Below are positions 1 to 11,894 of a stretch of DNA of 43,385 nt, one piece after another. The position numbers and the translations under genes were made by a program. The stretch covers positions 10,125,163 through 10,168,547 of the forward strand of contig NC_057720.1 in assembly GCF_004010195.1 (NCBI RefSeq). Direction: 5' to 3'. Below the pieces are notes generated by a model. It saw only the letters and a list, made by a program, of their open reading frames with translations. It did not search any database and was not told where the DNA came from. The first letter of the stretch is position 1, and each line of letters opens with the position of its first letter. This DNA is from Chiloscyllium plagiosum (taxonomy: Eukaryota).

Positions 1-725
1 TCCCCAAGGTGCTCACCTACCTCTAATTCTAACACCTGGCCTGGTTCGTTACCCAGAACCAAATCCAGTATGGCCTCACCTCTTGTTGGCCTGTCTACAT
101 ATTGTGTCAGGAAACTCTCTTGCACACATTGAACAAACACTGACCCATCTAACGAACTTGAGCTATAGCTTTCCCAATCAATATCAGGAAAGTTAAAGTC
201 CCCCATAACAACCACCCTATTACTGTCACTCATCTCCTGAATCGCCTTCCCTATCCTTTCTTCAATGATTCTAGGACTATTTGGAGGCCTGTAAAAGACT
301 CCTAACAGGGTGAGCTCACCTTTCCTATTCCTAACCTCAGCCCAAACTACCTCAGATGGCAAGTCCTCATCCATCGTCCTTTCCACCACTGTAATATTAT
401 CTTTGACAAGCAATGCCACACCTCCCCCTCTTTTACCCCCCCCCCCCTCCCCACTCAAACATTTAAATCCTGGAACCTGCACCAGCCAATCCTGTCCCTG
501 TTCTAGCCATGTCTCCGTAATAGCCACAACATCGAAGTCCCAGGTACCAACCCACGCTGCAAGTTCACCTACCTTATTTCGTATACTTCTTGCATTGTAG
601 TATACACACTTCAAGCCACTTCCCTGTTTACAGGCACCCTCCTTGGAAATTGATGCTATGTTCCTCACCTCCCTACACTCCAGGCCCTGCACCCTGCAGC
701 TACAATCTGGGTTCCCATGCCCCTG
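1..725 (-). CDS. CR1 ORF2 N-terminal apurinic-like endonuclease (partial, runs off the window)
   Basis: Manual translation: LKCVYYNARSIRNK...VAITETW...GGGVALLV...YRPP...GDFNFP...LDLVL. No in-frame ATG seen; start is approximate. Confidence 0.85.
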
Positions 726-730
726 CAGAG

Positions 731-1657
731 TTAGTTTAAACCCCGCCCAAGAGCACTAGCAAACCTCCCCCCAAGGATACTGGTGCCCCTCAGGTTCAGG
801 TGGAGGCCATCCTGTTTATAGAGGTCCCACCGTCCCCAGAAAGAACCCCAGTTATCCAAAAGCCGGATTCCCTCCCTCCTGCACCATCCCTGTAGCCACG
901 CATTTAAGTGTTCTCTTTCCCTATTCCTCGAATCTCTGTCACGTGGCACGGGTAACAAACCAGAGACAACAACTCTGTTTGTTCTAACTCCAAGCTTCCA
1001 ACCTAGCTCCCTGAAAGTCTGTCTAACATCCTCGGCACTCCTCCTACCTATGTCGTTGGTGTCAATGTGGACCACGACTTCGGGTTGCTCCCCCTCCCCC
1101 TCCCGGACCCCGAAACCACGATCAGAGACATCACGTACCCTTGCACCTGGGGGGCAACATACCAAACGTGAGTCTCTCTCGTTCCCACAAAACCGCCTAT
1201 CTGTGCCACGAACTATCGAGTCCCCAATTACTACTGCTTTGCTCTTCTTCACCCTTCCCTTCTGAGTAATGGGGACAGGCTCCGTGCCAGAGACCTGAGG
1301 CCCGTTACTTACCCCTGGTAAGTCATCCCCTCCACAAGTATCCAAAACGGTATACTTGTTCTTGTGGGGGACGGCCGCAGGGGGTCCCTGCACTGGTTGC
1401 TTCCTCCCAGTCCCCCTCACTGTAACCCATCTATCTGCCATCTTGGGGGTTACTACTTCCCTATAACTCTGATCTATGACCCCCTCTGCCTCCCGAATGA
1501 TCCTAAGTTCATCCAACTCCAGCTCCAGTTCCCTAACACGGTCTTGGAGGAGCTGGAGATGGGTGCACTTCCTGCAAGTGTAATCAGCAGGGACGTCCAT
1601 GGCATCCCTCACCTCAAACATGTTGCAAGAGGAACATTGCACTGCCTTCACTGCCAT
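731..1657 (-). CDS. CR1 LINE ORF1p (N-terminal Cys motif, coiled coil, SGNH esterase-like domain)
   Basis: 308-aa open frame: CSSC...CRKC, coiled coil LQDRVRELELELDELR, esterase motifs VIGDSIVRG, HIDTND (G>D), DGLHLN. Confidence 0.88.
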   Translation of the reverse strand: MAVKAVQCSSCNMFEVRDAMDVPADYTCRKCTHLQLLQDRVRELELELDELRIIREAEGVIDQSYREVVTPKMADRWVTVRGTGRKQPVQGPPAAVPHKNKYTVLDTCGGDDLPGVSNGPQVSGTEPVPITQKGRVKKSKAVVIGDSIVRGTDRRFCGNERDSRLVCCPPGARVRDVSDRGFGVREGEGEQPEVVVHIDTNDIGRRSAEDVRQTFRELGWKLGVRTNRVVVSGLLPVPRDRDSRNREREHLNAWLQGWCRREGIRLLDNWGSFWGRWDLYKQDGLHLNLRGTSILGGRFASALGRGLN

Positions 1658-2569
1658 CCCTCTAAAAGTAACCTTTTAAAATAAAAACTAGGTCTAAAGA
1701 ATAGAACAAGCAAAATGCAGCACTTACCTACTTACCACAACGGGTCTTATTATTAGGTTAGAGGAGGAGGGAGGGTTCTTCTCCTGCGCGCTTTTATAGG
1801 GAAAAAAAACCTATCCAGGTAAGCTTGCGCTACACCAGCTTCCAGCTGCCCCTCTGGTCGTCGTCACTTCCCCCTGCTGCTCCCACTCTTTCTGTGAAAG
1901 AGAAAAAAAAAACCGCTGCCCGCTACCAGTAAGTAATTTTAAAACAAACTGTCTTACCTTAGCTGTAGCCTTCCGGGTTCGTTTAAACTCAGCTGCTGCT
2001 CGCACTCAAAGTGATATCAGTTAACTGAATGGATTTTGAACAATACTTGACTTTAGGCTAGTTTTTCAGTTCCAGATTTATCTTTCTTTTAAACTTCACC
2101 ATTTGCTGCAATGGGATTTGAAACGCTGTCAAACCAGGCCATTACCCAGGGTTCTTGTTAACTAGTCCAGTGATATAACCACTATGCCTCTGCTTTCCCC
2201 ATACTTTGAAATCACAACTTTAATGGAGGGGCACGTCTCCAGATGCTTCCCAGGAGTGTTATTAATCCAAATATGACACAGAGCCAAATGACCGGGCAGA
2301 AAAGGTAAGGAAGAAAATTCCTGAGTTTGTAGGTGTTGGCATCGGAAGGCATAGCTGCAAATGATAGAGTGATTAAAATCGCAAATGCTCAAGATTCCAG
2401 ACTAAGACAAGCATTGAAATTCTGACAGGTTATAGGGCTGGAGTTGAGGAGAGCTAGAGGTCATGGAAGGATTTAAAAGTAAGGACAAGAACTGGAAATT
2501 TGCAGTATATTGCCTACATGTTTTCTTGTGTACTGGGAATAACAATCCATTTCATAAGGATTTTGCATG

Positions 2570-3850
2570 TTAGCAAGGTTAGATCTCATGGAATAAAGGG
2601 AGAACTAGCCATTTGGATACAGAACTGGCTCAAAGGTAGAAGACAGAGGGTGGTGGTGGAGGATTGTTTTTCAGACTGGAGGCCTGTGACCAGTGGAGTG
2701 CCACAAGGATCAATGCTGGGTCCTCGACTTTTTGTCATTTACATAAATGATTTGGGGGCGAGCATAAAAGGTACAGTTAGTAAGTTTGCAGATGACAGCA
2801 AAATTGGAGGTGTAGTGGGCAGCGGAGAATGTTACCTCAGATTACAACAGGATCTTGATCAGATGGGCCAATGGGCAGAGAAGTGGCAGATGGAGTTGAA
2901 TTCAGATAAATGCTAGGCGATGCATTTTGGGAAAGCAAATCTTAACAGGACATATACACTTAATGGCAAGGTCAGAGGGAGTGTTGCTGAACAAAGAGAC
3001 CTCGGAGTGCAGGTTCAGTTACCTCAGATTACAACAGGATCTTGATCAGATGGGCCAATGGGCAGAGAAGTGGCAGATGGAGTTGAATTCAGATAAATGC
3101 TAGGTGATGCATTTTGGGAAAGCAAATCTTAACAGGACATATACACTTAATGGTAAGGTCAGAGGGAGTGTTGCTGAACAAAGAGACTTCGGAGTGCAGG
3201 TTCATAGCTCCTTGAAAGTGGAGTCGCAGGTAGAGAGGAAAGTGAAGAACGCATTTGGTATGCTTTCGTTTATTGGTCAGAGTATTGAGTACAAACGTTG
3301 GGACATCATACTGCGGCTGTACAGGACATTGTTGAAATATTGCATGGAATTCTGGTCTCCTTCCTATTGGAAAAATGTTGTGAAACTTGAAAGGGTTCAG
3401 AAAAGATTTACAAGGATGTTGCCAGGGTTGGAGGATTGGAGCTATGGTGAGAGGCTGAACAGGCTGGGGTTGTTTTCCCTGGAGTGTCGGAGGCTGAGGG
3501 GTGACCTTATCGAGGTTTACAAAATTATGAGGGGCATGGATAGGATAAATAGGCAAAGTCGTTTCCCTAGGTTCAGGGAGTCCACAACTAGAGGACATAG
3601 GTCTAGGGTGAGAGGGGAAAGATATAAAATGGATCTAAGGGGCAACTTTTACATGCAGAGGGTGGTACGTACATGGAATGAGCTGCCAGAGGAAGTGGCG
3701 GAGGCTGGTACAATTGCAACATTTAAAAGGCATTTGGATGGGTATATGAATAGGAAGGGTTTGGAGTGATATGGGCTGAGTGCTGGCAGGTGGGACTAGA
3801 TTGGATTGGGATATCTGGCCGGCATGGACGGGCTGGACCGAAGGGTCTGT
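2570..3850 (+). mobile_element. HER1/CR1 LINE 3' fragment (RT C-terminus), present in the left arm only
   Basis: SGVPQGSMLGP, FADDSKI, RLRGDLIEVYKIM. The matching site in the right arm (~26225-26240) is empty. Confidence 0.92.
2831..3204 (+). repeat. 187-bp tandem duplication inside the CR1 fragment
   Basis: gttacctcagattacaacagg... starts at both 2831 and 3018; about 3 substitutions between the units. Confidence 0.92.
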
Positions 3851-4474
3851 TCATCATGCCTGGTGTCAATGAGGAGTGAAATCATGATGGGCATCCCAAT
3901 TGGCAAGAAACTACAGTGATAGCTTAGTTTCACAGAATTATCTCTTTAGTTATAATGGGAATATTTTAGTTGGAGGGAGAGGGTTGTGGGAATTTAAGGG
4001 CACACTTATAATTTAACAATTGGTATGAAGACTGCCATTTGTTATAAGTAGAACGGTTCAGCTGGGAATGATGGGATATCATAAAATAATTCATATTCAT
4101 ATGTTGCAATGTACACCTCGTGTGGACAAAACCTCAAGCCATTCTTACCCTTGACAAAATCAGCTAAAGATTGGTCTGTTCTCCTATGACCACTAATGAA
4201 TTTATGGTTATTTTCCCATGATATGTACATGGACTATTCATACTTTTTTGGACAGTTCATTGTTTTTAATAGGATCATGTCCTTCCTGGTTTTGATCATC
4301 GAATGTGACCCAGTGAAAACAGTAGCATAGAATGTAGGGCACAGAAAGAGACAATTGGATTCCATTTGTCTACTTCTTTTATTCATTCATTCATTCACAG
4401 GATGTGGGCATTACTGGCTAGGGCAACACTTATTACCCAGAGGCCAGTTAAGAGTCAGCCACATTGCTGTGGGT

Positions 4475-4655
4475 TAGATTAGATTACTTACAGTGTGGAA
4501 ACAGGCCCTTCGGCCCAACAAGTCCCGGAGGAAACCCACGCAGACATGGGGAGAACGTGCAAACTCCACACAGTCAGTCGCCTGAGGCAGGAATTGAACC
4601 CGGGTCTCTGGCGCTGTGAGGCAGCAGTGCTAACCACTGTGCCACCGTGCCGCCC
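4475..4655 (-). mobile_element. HE1-like tRNA-derived SINE with an internal deletion, left arm only
   Basis: Head gggcggcacggtggcacagtggttagcactgc (A box), ggttcaattcc (B box), CR1-like tail; absent at ~25720 in the right arm. Confidence 0.88.
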
Positions 4656-5960
4656 ACATGCAGGAGTCCTGGAGTCACATGCAGGACAGACTAGGTATGG
4701 ATGGTAGCTTCTTTCCCTAATGGGCATAAGTGAATGAGATGGGTTTTCTTCATAATCAGGGTCTACTTTGGACGTTTAATTCCAGGAATTTTAAAAATTC
4801 AATTCAAATTCCACTATCGGCTACAGTGAGCTTTGAACCAAAGTGCCAGAACTTTCCCTCGGTCTCTAGACTAAGATTCCGGCAACAATATCACGAAGCC
4901 ATCACTTCCCTATACCTGTGCTCATGCTCCACATGAAGCTCCTTCATCTGACCCTATTAGCATAATCTTCTATTTCTTTTTTGCCGATTTGTTTATCCAG
5001 TTTCCCCTTAAATGGATAATGAAATTCACCTCATCTAGTCCAGTGATGGTGAGTTTCACATGTAAGGTGGAAGTAACACACTTGAATTGCTGGGTTTAAC
5101 TTTAAGATTGATAAACCTTAATGAGGCTCCTGATCATTGGTGTTAGATGTGCTGTCTGGAACTCTCCAGTGTGCTTTTTGGTTTTATTGCTCAGTTACTG
5201 TGCAAAACTAATACTCAAACCATTCCCCTGACAGTTGCATATTCTCCCTATTCTTTGAGTAAGTACACTTATCCTGAAATCTTGACCATGTTTATTACTG
5301 CCTGCATTTTATTTATAATCCTTCACGAGTGAAAACAGTTGCTTGATTTAGTGATATAGTGTGCTAGTTGTGAAAGGGCAAGGAACGTTCCTCAGATCCA
5401 ATGTTACACTTTCACCCAATGATTTAATCTAATTTTGATTTTATTTTCACATGTACAAAAGCACAGGAGTACAGTGAAAAGTGCCACCTTAGGTACAAGT
5501 ACCTAGGTACAGAATCGTAAGAACAAGGTCGAAAGAAAGAACAAAGTTCAAAGTTAAAAATTGCAGTAATTCTACTATGGCACAGAACATACAGAATAAG
5601 GTTAAATGCTGCACATTGCAGATTTTCTTAGTTTTAAGTAAAGAAATAAGCTGTAAAAACAGAAGAATTAGTCCTTCGTCCTCCAAAGTGGATGATTTCA
5701 TTTTCTATGTGGCTGAGGAAATAATAATCTGTTCCATAATTGGAAAATGTGCATTTTCCTTATGGACTACAAACAAATTCTTTAAAATGTATTCTCTCAC
5801 AGGATGTAGATGTCACCATCATTGTGAGAAGATAAAAAGACAAAACAAAGGAGCAAGAGTAGGCCAATCTCAACCATTTCCCCCCAATGTTCCTTTCAAG
5901 TGGAACACGTTAGAGGTCCTCCACAAATGGATGTAACTTCTCAATATCTGCTCTGTCAAT

Positions 5961-6548
5961 TATTATGGACAGGACCAAACCAGCTCAAACATATTTTTAA
6001 AAGATAGCCTAGACCCTGACCTTTTCTTAAGTTAAATGTAAGGTGTTGTGTTCCAGATGCCATTTGATTGGTCAAACTATTTGACTTTAAGCAAACCACA
6101 CTTCATTTTTATACTGCATTTAAAATACAGACAATAAAAACAGTATAAAAGAATTGGCTTAACTGTAACTCTTATTTGAATACTTCGTAAAATGTAAAGT
6201 ACTAATAATTAATTGTTCCAATATAGCAAATCCCATAAACACTCCCTTCGCAAAGGCAGATTTAGTAAAATAGATTGTCTCGCATGCAATTCTCGCAGCA
6301 GGAAGAGAACCTGAGCTTTTAGCCGGTAATAGTGAGAGGAAAAACATCCAGTTTCAAGAACCCAGCCGGCAACTGCTTTCTGTGGAAGCTTGACCCCACC
6401 CATTCTGTTGTTCCAACTTTTTAAAAAAACCTCAAGCCTCACGAGCTGTTTACTTTATTGGCTGGAGCAGACTCTTGGCTCCTCTGTCTCAGCCGTTCTT
6501 CAAAGAAAAAGGACAAACCACATCTCTTAAAGCTGTAGTCCCATTAGA
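5961..6548 (-). mobile_element. Solo LTR of a Gypsy family related to the element at 35371-41211
   Basis: Its terminus resembles the ...gtccataaca LTR end at 36027. It interrupts an old CR1 with a CAAT/CAAG duplication (perfect CTTG/CTTG in the right-arm copy). Confidence 0.7.
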
Positions 6549-6709
6549 CAAGACCCCTCAGAATGTTGTATGTTCCAATAAGAACACACCCATCATTCTT
6601 CTGATCTCTACCCTGTTTAACCATTCTTGATCAGTCAGCCCCTTCACCCCAGGAATCAGCCTGGTGAATCTCTTTTGAACTGTGTACAATGCTTGTCCAT
6701 CCATGTCAG

Positions 6710-7360
6710 GCAAGGACCATCTCCTACAAGAAAGAACTAAACATTGCCCCTTGATATTACAGCCACTGAATCACCTGCTATCAACATCCTGGGGTGACCA
6801 TTGGTCAAACACTGAACTGGACTAGCTATATAAATACTGTGGCTACAACAGCAAGTCAGTGGCTCGAAACCCTGCAGTCAGTAAGTCATCGCTTGACTCC
6901 TCAAAGTGTGTCCACCATCTACAAGCAGCAAGTCAGGAGTGGGATGGAATCCCCCGACCTCCTTGGATAAGTGCAGCTCCAACAATACTCAAAATGCTTG
7001 ATTTCATTCAGGACAAAGCAGTCAGCTTGATTGGCACCACATCCACAATCATCTAACACTCAGTAGCCGCAGTGTGTACTATCTACAAGATGCACTGCAG
7101 AAATTCACCAAAGATCCTGAGGCAGCACCTCCAACCCTCAACCTACATCTCAAAGGACAAGAACAGCAGATATATGAGACCACCACCACGTACAAGTTCC
7201 TCTCCAAGCTACTCACCATTCTGACATAGAAATATGTTCCCATTCCTTCAGTGTCCCTGGGTGAAATCACAAAATTCCTTCTACTGAACACACATGCACT
7301 GCAGCAATTCAAGAAGGCGACTAGCTACGACCTTCTCATGAGTGACTATGGAATGGCAAT
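6710..7360 (+). mobile_element. Old LINE RT C-terminal/3' fragment (CR1/L2-like)
   Basis: Degenerate ILGVTIGQTLNWTSYINTVATTASQWL; mirrored at ~22820-23460. Confidence 0.65.
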
Positions 7361-7449
7361 TATAAGACAATCATACTGCTGTGGGTCTGGAGTCACTTGT
7401 AGGTCAGACCAGGTAAGGATGGCAGTTTCCATCCCTGAAGCTAGAATAT

Positions 7450-8018
7450 AAGATTAGGAATGTATTACTGAGGCTGAATAAAGCTCTGGCCAGAACATAT
7501 TTGAAATATAATGTAAGCAACTTTGGACCCCCTATGTAAGGAGGGACACACTGGCCTTAGAGGATTGCCTGAGGAATGTTACAAGACGGATTCTGGGGAT
7601 GAAGGGTTTATTATATGTGGGGCACTCAAAGACTTTAGCTCTGTACTCAATGGAGTTTAGAAGGTTAATGGGGGATCTGATTGAAATTAAAGAATTCTGA
7701 GAGGCCTGGATAGAGGAGACGTGGAGGAGATGTTTCCACAGTAGGAGAGACTAGGACTCAAGGACACAGGCTCAGAGTAAGGGAATGACCATTCAGAATC
7801 CGCTTCAGGAATTCCTTCAACCACGGAATGGTAAATCTGTAGAATGTGTTCATGGAGAAGGCTGTCAGGGCCAAGTGTTTGAATGTATTTAACACCAGGG
7901 TAGAGAGATTCTTGGTTAGTAAGGGGATCAGGGGTCACAGGGAGAATGTCGGAAAATGGGGTTGAGAAATATATCAGCCACTGATCAAATTACAAAGCAG
8001 ACTCAATGGGCCGAATGG
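7450..8018 (+). mobile_element. Old CR1 3' fragment
   Basis: Degenerate RLMGDLIE-type and tail motifs (ctgtactcaatggagtttagaaggttaatgggggatctgattgaa); mirrored at ~22157-22730. Confidence 0.75.
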
Positions 8019-8020
8019 CC

Positions 8021-8394
8021 GGGGTGGCACGGTGGCTCAGTTAGGGATGGCATGGTGGCTCAGTGGTTAGCACTGCTGCCTCAGTGCCAGGGATGCTGGT
8101 TCGATTCCCACCTCGGGCGACTGTCTGTGTGGAGTTTGCACATTCTCCCTGTGTCTGCTCGGGATTTCCTCCTGCAGGTGCTCCAGTTTCCTCTCACAAT
8201 CACAAATCTGTGCAGGTGAATTGATCATGCTATATTGCCCACAGTGTTCAGGGATGGGTGCATTGGTTAGGAGTGAATGTGGGGTGGGTGGAGGGGCTGG
8301 TTGGGTTGCTCTTCGGAGGGTCAGTGTGGACTTGTTGGGCCAAAATGGCCTGTTTGCAAACTGCAGGGATTCTATTCTGTAGGGATTCTATGAA
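8021..8394 (+). mobile_element. HE1-like SINE with a duplicated 5' head
   Basis: ggtggcacggtggctcag occurs twice, B box ggttcgattcc, tail gggattcta repeats; shared with the right arm. Confidence 0.88.
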
Positions 8395-9004
8395 TTACAC
8401 TCCATTATCTGATGGTCTAAAGGACATTGGTGATCCAGATGGGGTGTATGTCATTATTAGATTCTTAATTGCTGATTTTTGAAATTAATTTCAAACTCCA
8501 ACATCTGTCATGGTGGGATTGGAATCCGTGTCCCAGAATATTATTGCATTTCCGTGTTAATACTGGAGCAATAATATCACCAAACCATCATCTACATGAT
8601 ACAAATGTTATATGCATTCAGATAAAAAAGCCATAAGCTTTTCATCATTATTAATTATTCTGGTTCCATTTTCAGATCCATTTTTCTACACATATTTTCT
8701 CTCCCTTCCTGTCACACTTTGATTATCATTCACCTCTTCACTATTCTTAATCTTGCATAGTTTTGATTTTAAAACTTCCCTTCAAATGTCTATTCTCTGC
8801 AGTACTTGGTTCAAACCTGTGTCTCCCCCGAGTTGTCGGTTTTGCTGAGCACTGTGTGTCTACCTGCAGGACATAGACTACAGCAGTTCAAGAAGGCAGC
8901 TCATTATCACCTTCTCTCGGGTAACTAGGGACTGGCAATAAAGGCTGTGCCAGCCAGCAAAACCCACATCCCATGTGTCAATAAAAATATAACAATAATT
9001 ATTT

Positions 9005-9830
9005 GAGTGAAATCAGAAAATGCTAGTCATCACAGCAGGTCAGGCAACAACCCTGGAGAAAAAACTGACATGAAGTAGAGTTGGCAGCATTTATGCATTG
9101 GTCAGGGGTGGAGTGCTGGGGAAGAAATGATGCTGATAGAGCATATTAAGTGATTGGAATGTGAGAATGACAGAACAGTGGTGTGTCCAACTGCCAAACT
9201 GGGAAGAACAAAGGGTCCCACTGGAGGGGGGAGAATGGGGTGTGGTAGTGGTTGTGAGAGGCGAGAGCACTTGGTGACATAAAATGGAACAAGGAAAGCT
9301 GTGATGTGGAGGAACTAGTGTTGGACTGGGGTGGACAAATTTAGAAATCACACAACACCAGGTTATTGTCCAACAGGTCTATTTGGAAGTGCTAGCTTTT
9401 GGAGAACTGATGAAGGAGCAGCGCTCAAAAGCTAGTGCTTCCAAATAAACCTGTTGGATTATAGCCTGAGATTGTGTGATCTTTAACTAAAAGAAGTTGG
9501 ACACACCATTTTTCTGCCATTCTAACATTCTGATCATTTACTCTGCACTATCAGCACTTTTTCTCCTTCCACAGTCCACCCCTCACCACTGCATACTTCA
9601 CGTTAGCTCTGATAAAGATTCATCTAGACTCGAAATATTAACTTGTTCTCTCACCACAGATGCTGCCTGACCCACTGTGGAGAAGTGTTACACCTGAAAC
9701 ATTGACTTTTCCACCTCCTGATGCTGCCTGGCTTGCTCTGTTCTTTCAGCCTCCTGCTTGTGTACTATTGTGATTTCCAGCAATTTTGGTTTTCAGTACA
9801 GATTCCAGTATCTGCAGTAATTTGCTCCTC
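9005..9830. mobile_element. Cluster of Penelope-like terminal fragments including a fold-back unit (~9345-9480)
   Basis: Repeated gatgctgcctg...ttccag tails and degenerate ctgatgaaggagcagcgctc hammerhead cores; inverted repeat around 9405. Confidence 0.7.
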
Positions 9831-9989
9831 ATAATTGCTTCAGAATTTATTTTTCCCTTTTCTATTTTGGAATGGGCTCGATATTCATCCTGGCTTTGCT
9901 TATGGAGTTGATTTCTACATGCAGCCTGATCATGTAACCTGGGCTGACCAGGTTAGACTCACCCTCCCCTATTCTATCCTTGTAACGCC

Positions 9990-10182
9990 AGAATTTACCA
10001 TGGCTAGTCCACCTCACTGCACATTCCTAGACTGTGGGAGCAAACCAGACCACCTGAAGTAAACCCATGCAGACACAGGGAGAATATGCAAACTCCACAT
10101 AGATTGATCCAAGGGTGAAATTGAATCCAGGCCCTGGTGCTGTGAAATGGCAGGGCTAACTACTGAGCCACCGTGGCACCCA
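9990..10182 (-). mobile_element. Old HE1-like SINE
   Basis: Reverse complement reads gggtgccacggtggctcagtagttagccc...tgtggagtttgcatattctccctgtgtctgc. Confidence 0.8.
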
Positions 10183-10740
10183 GAACTACTTTGCAGTCTT
10201 CCTAAATTTCAACAAGCTCATCTGGGCTCCAAGATCACACGACCCTTTCACCTGCACTAATCGCTCTGGTTTAGGCTTTCAAACTGGCACAAGAGAATCC
10301 TCGAGGGATGAAAGAGAAAAACAGTAATACTGATAAATAACCGTCCATTTGAAGTGTACAAGATGAGTCTGACCACTATGTTACATCAAACACTCTGGTA
10401 AAGTTATCATCTTCTGAACAACTCATGTATTGTGTGATTTTTAACTTTGTCCACCCCAGTACAACACCGGCACCTGCACATCATATTCAATGACTGACAC
10501 CATCACATAGATGGTATTCCCTGTGAGCTGTTCAGCCATTGATAATCTTCAGGGGTTAACATCCATGCTCAAGAAAACATTTCTCAAATCTCAGATTCTG
10601 TGAGAATTGCCTCAGAGTTGCTGCTGCTACATCAGAGGGCAAAATAAAAGCCCGTCAATCGTAAATGGGTTTTGTGAGCCCTCAGCAGCTGAGCAGGAGG
10701 AGATTCTGGGTAATTGTTACTCTTCACCCTCTGTCCTTAC

Positions 10741-10884
10741 CTTCTCATAGGACTCAGTTGTCAGTCTCTGAACCACATGGGAACTAACTGGCCATGTTAC
10801 AGGCAGCAGGATTTTCACATCCGCGAAATAAACTCGCTGTTTGGTCGCTCGGTGAAGGTAGGAGGAGGCTGCAGTCACTGTTTC
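10741..10884 (-). CDS. CLCA: CLCA coding exon 2, copy A (open)
   Basis: ETVTAASSYLHRATKQRVYFADVKILLPVTWPVSSHVVQRLTTESYEK; 144 nt, phase 0/0, ttttacAG acceptor-type and GTAAG donor. Matches the CLCA pattern AS.YL..AT..R.YF..V.IL.P.TW. Confidence 0.92.
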
Positions 10885-11303
10885 CTGTAAACCACAAACC
10901 CAGTTTTAATATCAAAATAGCTCCATTCATTCATCAAATGGTGAGAGGGAAACAAATATAATTAAAAAAACACAAAGAACCATGGATGCTGAAAATCAGA
11001 AACAAAATGAAAAATTGCTGGAAAAACTCTGCAGGTCTGGCAGCATTTGTAGTGAGAAAGCAGAGTTAACATTTTGTTTCCAGTGAACCTACGATGCAAC
11101 TGAGGATCTGAACTTCTTCAAGGTAGGTACACATGGAAGAGATGTGGCAGTGAGTTCAGGGCTAAGGAGAAAATATATAATATATTCCTTTAACTCTCCC
11201 TCCTCTCAGCAAATCCTGATTTCGTAACATTAAGAATAACATCAAAGGACATACAATGAAACAAAATAATTAATTCACTGCAGGCAGCCTCTCGATAACT
11301 CAC

Positions 11304-11465
11304 CTGAATATTTTGAATCAGCTGTTCATTATGTTGAATGTTCTGGTTAATGGCAATAACGATGTCTCGATATCCATTATTCTCCAGCTTTATTCCGGTA
11401 CACTTTAGAATTGAACCACACAGAAGATAGCTGAGCACCAAGACAAAAGCTTTTTGGAATCTCAT
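11304..11465 (-). CDS. CLCA: CLCA coding exon 1 (signal peptide), copy A (open)
   Basis: MRFQKAFVLVLSYLLCGSILKCTGIKLENNGYRDIVIAINQNIQHNEQLIQNIQ; 162 nt, GTGAG donor. Hydrophobic leader plus the I.L.NNGY..IV.AI motif of CLCA proteins. Paralog identity not determinable. Confidence 0.92.
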
Positions 11466-11507
11466 TACTGCTGTGTTCAGATTGTTTCCAGACTGTAGCT
11501 TGTCAAG

Positions 11508-11515
11508 TTCATATA
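11508..11515 (-). promoter_or_regulatory. Putative TATA-like box of CLCA copy A
   Basis: TATATGAA 50 nt upstream of the ATG, retained in copy B. Confidence 0.4.
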
Positions 11516-11894
11516 ATGGTCTCTGATGTCGTAACATGTAAATTAAGGCTTTCTTGCAGTGACCCATGGAACGTGGTATCCACTGAAAGCCAATACATTT
11601 GCATTGCTGCCAAAGAAGACACAGAACAGCTTGGAAAGCTTTAGATGAGTGAGTTACATCATGCTTGTGAACTGTTCATTGCCTATATTGTATTGAATTC
11701 AATTTCCACCATCTGACAAGTTTGGATTATAATCCAGATTTCATTATCTGAGTCTCTGGATGAACAGTCCAGTGATAATAATGCTCGGACGTTATCTCCC
11801 TTTTTAAAGGGTCAGTTGAGAATACCCGGAATGAGTATATTTCTACAAAAAAGGAAAACTTCCAAGGTAAGTTTCTACCATCCATGCGTAACTA

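Larger units (their letters stand above)
1..2010 (-). mobile_element. CR1-clade LINE, 5' portion (5'UTR, ORF1, start of ORF2); continues left of the window
   Basis: ORF1 731-1657 is followed by an APE endonuclease frame. The element's 5' end coincides with the point (2011) where homology to the right palindrome arm starts. Confidence 0.9.
2011..11588 (-). repeat. Left arm of a large inverted segmental duplication
   Basis: The reverse complement is collinear with 16158-26812 (2011 pairs with 26812, 11588 with 16158). Mirrored ORFs are identical or nearly so, e.g. 7687-7938 vs 22237-22488 and 5147-5332 vs 25057-25242. Confidence 0.95.

Noticed and set aside
4042..4230. ORF ending ...EPFYL, resembling CLCA exon 4 (DEKFYL)
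   Set aside because: No HEWAH motif or fitting splice sites; ~120 bp of it is simply absent from the right arm.
8021..8110. tRNA-like A/B boxes
   Set aside because: SINE heads, not tRNA genes; no complete cloverleaf.
7687..9351. Short ORFs conserved identically in both arms
   Set aside because: Antisense or off-frame readings of SINE/LINE/Penelope remnants; the identity is at DNA level, not coding constraint.
9608..9645. Further hammerhead-like remnants (also ~9680-9705, 9407-9437, ~27318-27345)
   Set aside because: Core nucleotides are mutated, so they are not called as ribozymes.
11466..11567. Upstream ATGs extending CLCA exon 1 (ORF 11190-11567)
   Set aside because: The signal peptide and CLCA homology start at MRFQK (11465); the upstream ATGs lie 5' of the TATA-like box, and the ORF's C-terminal part is intron read-through.
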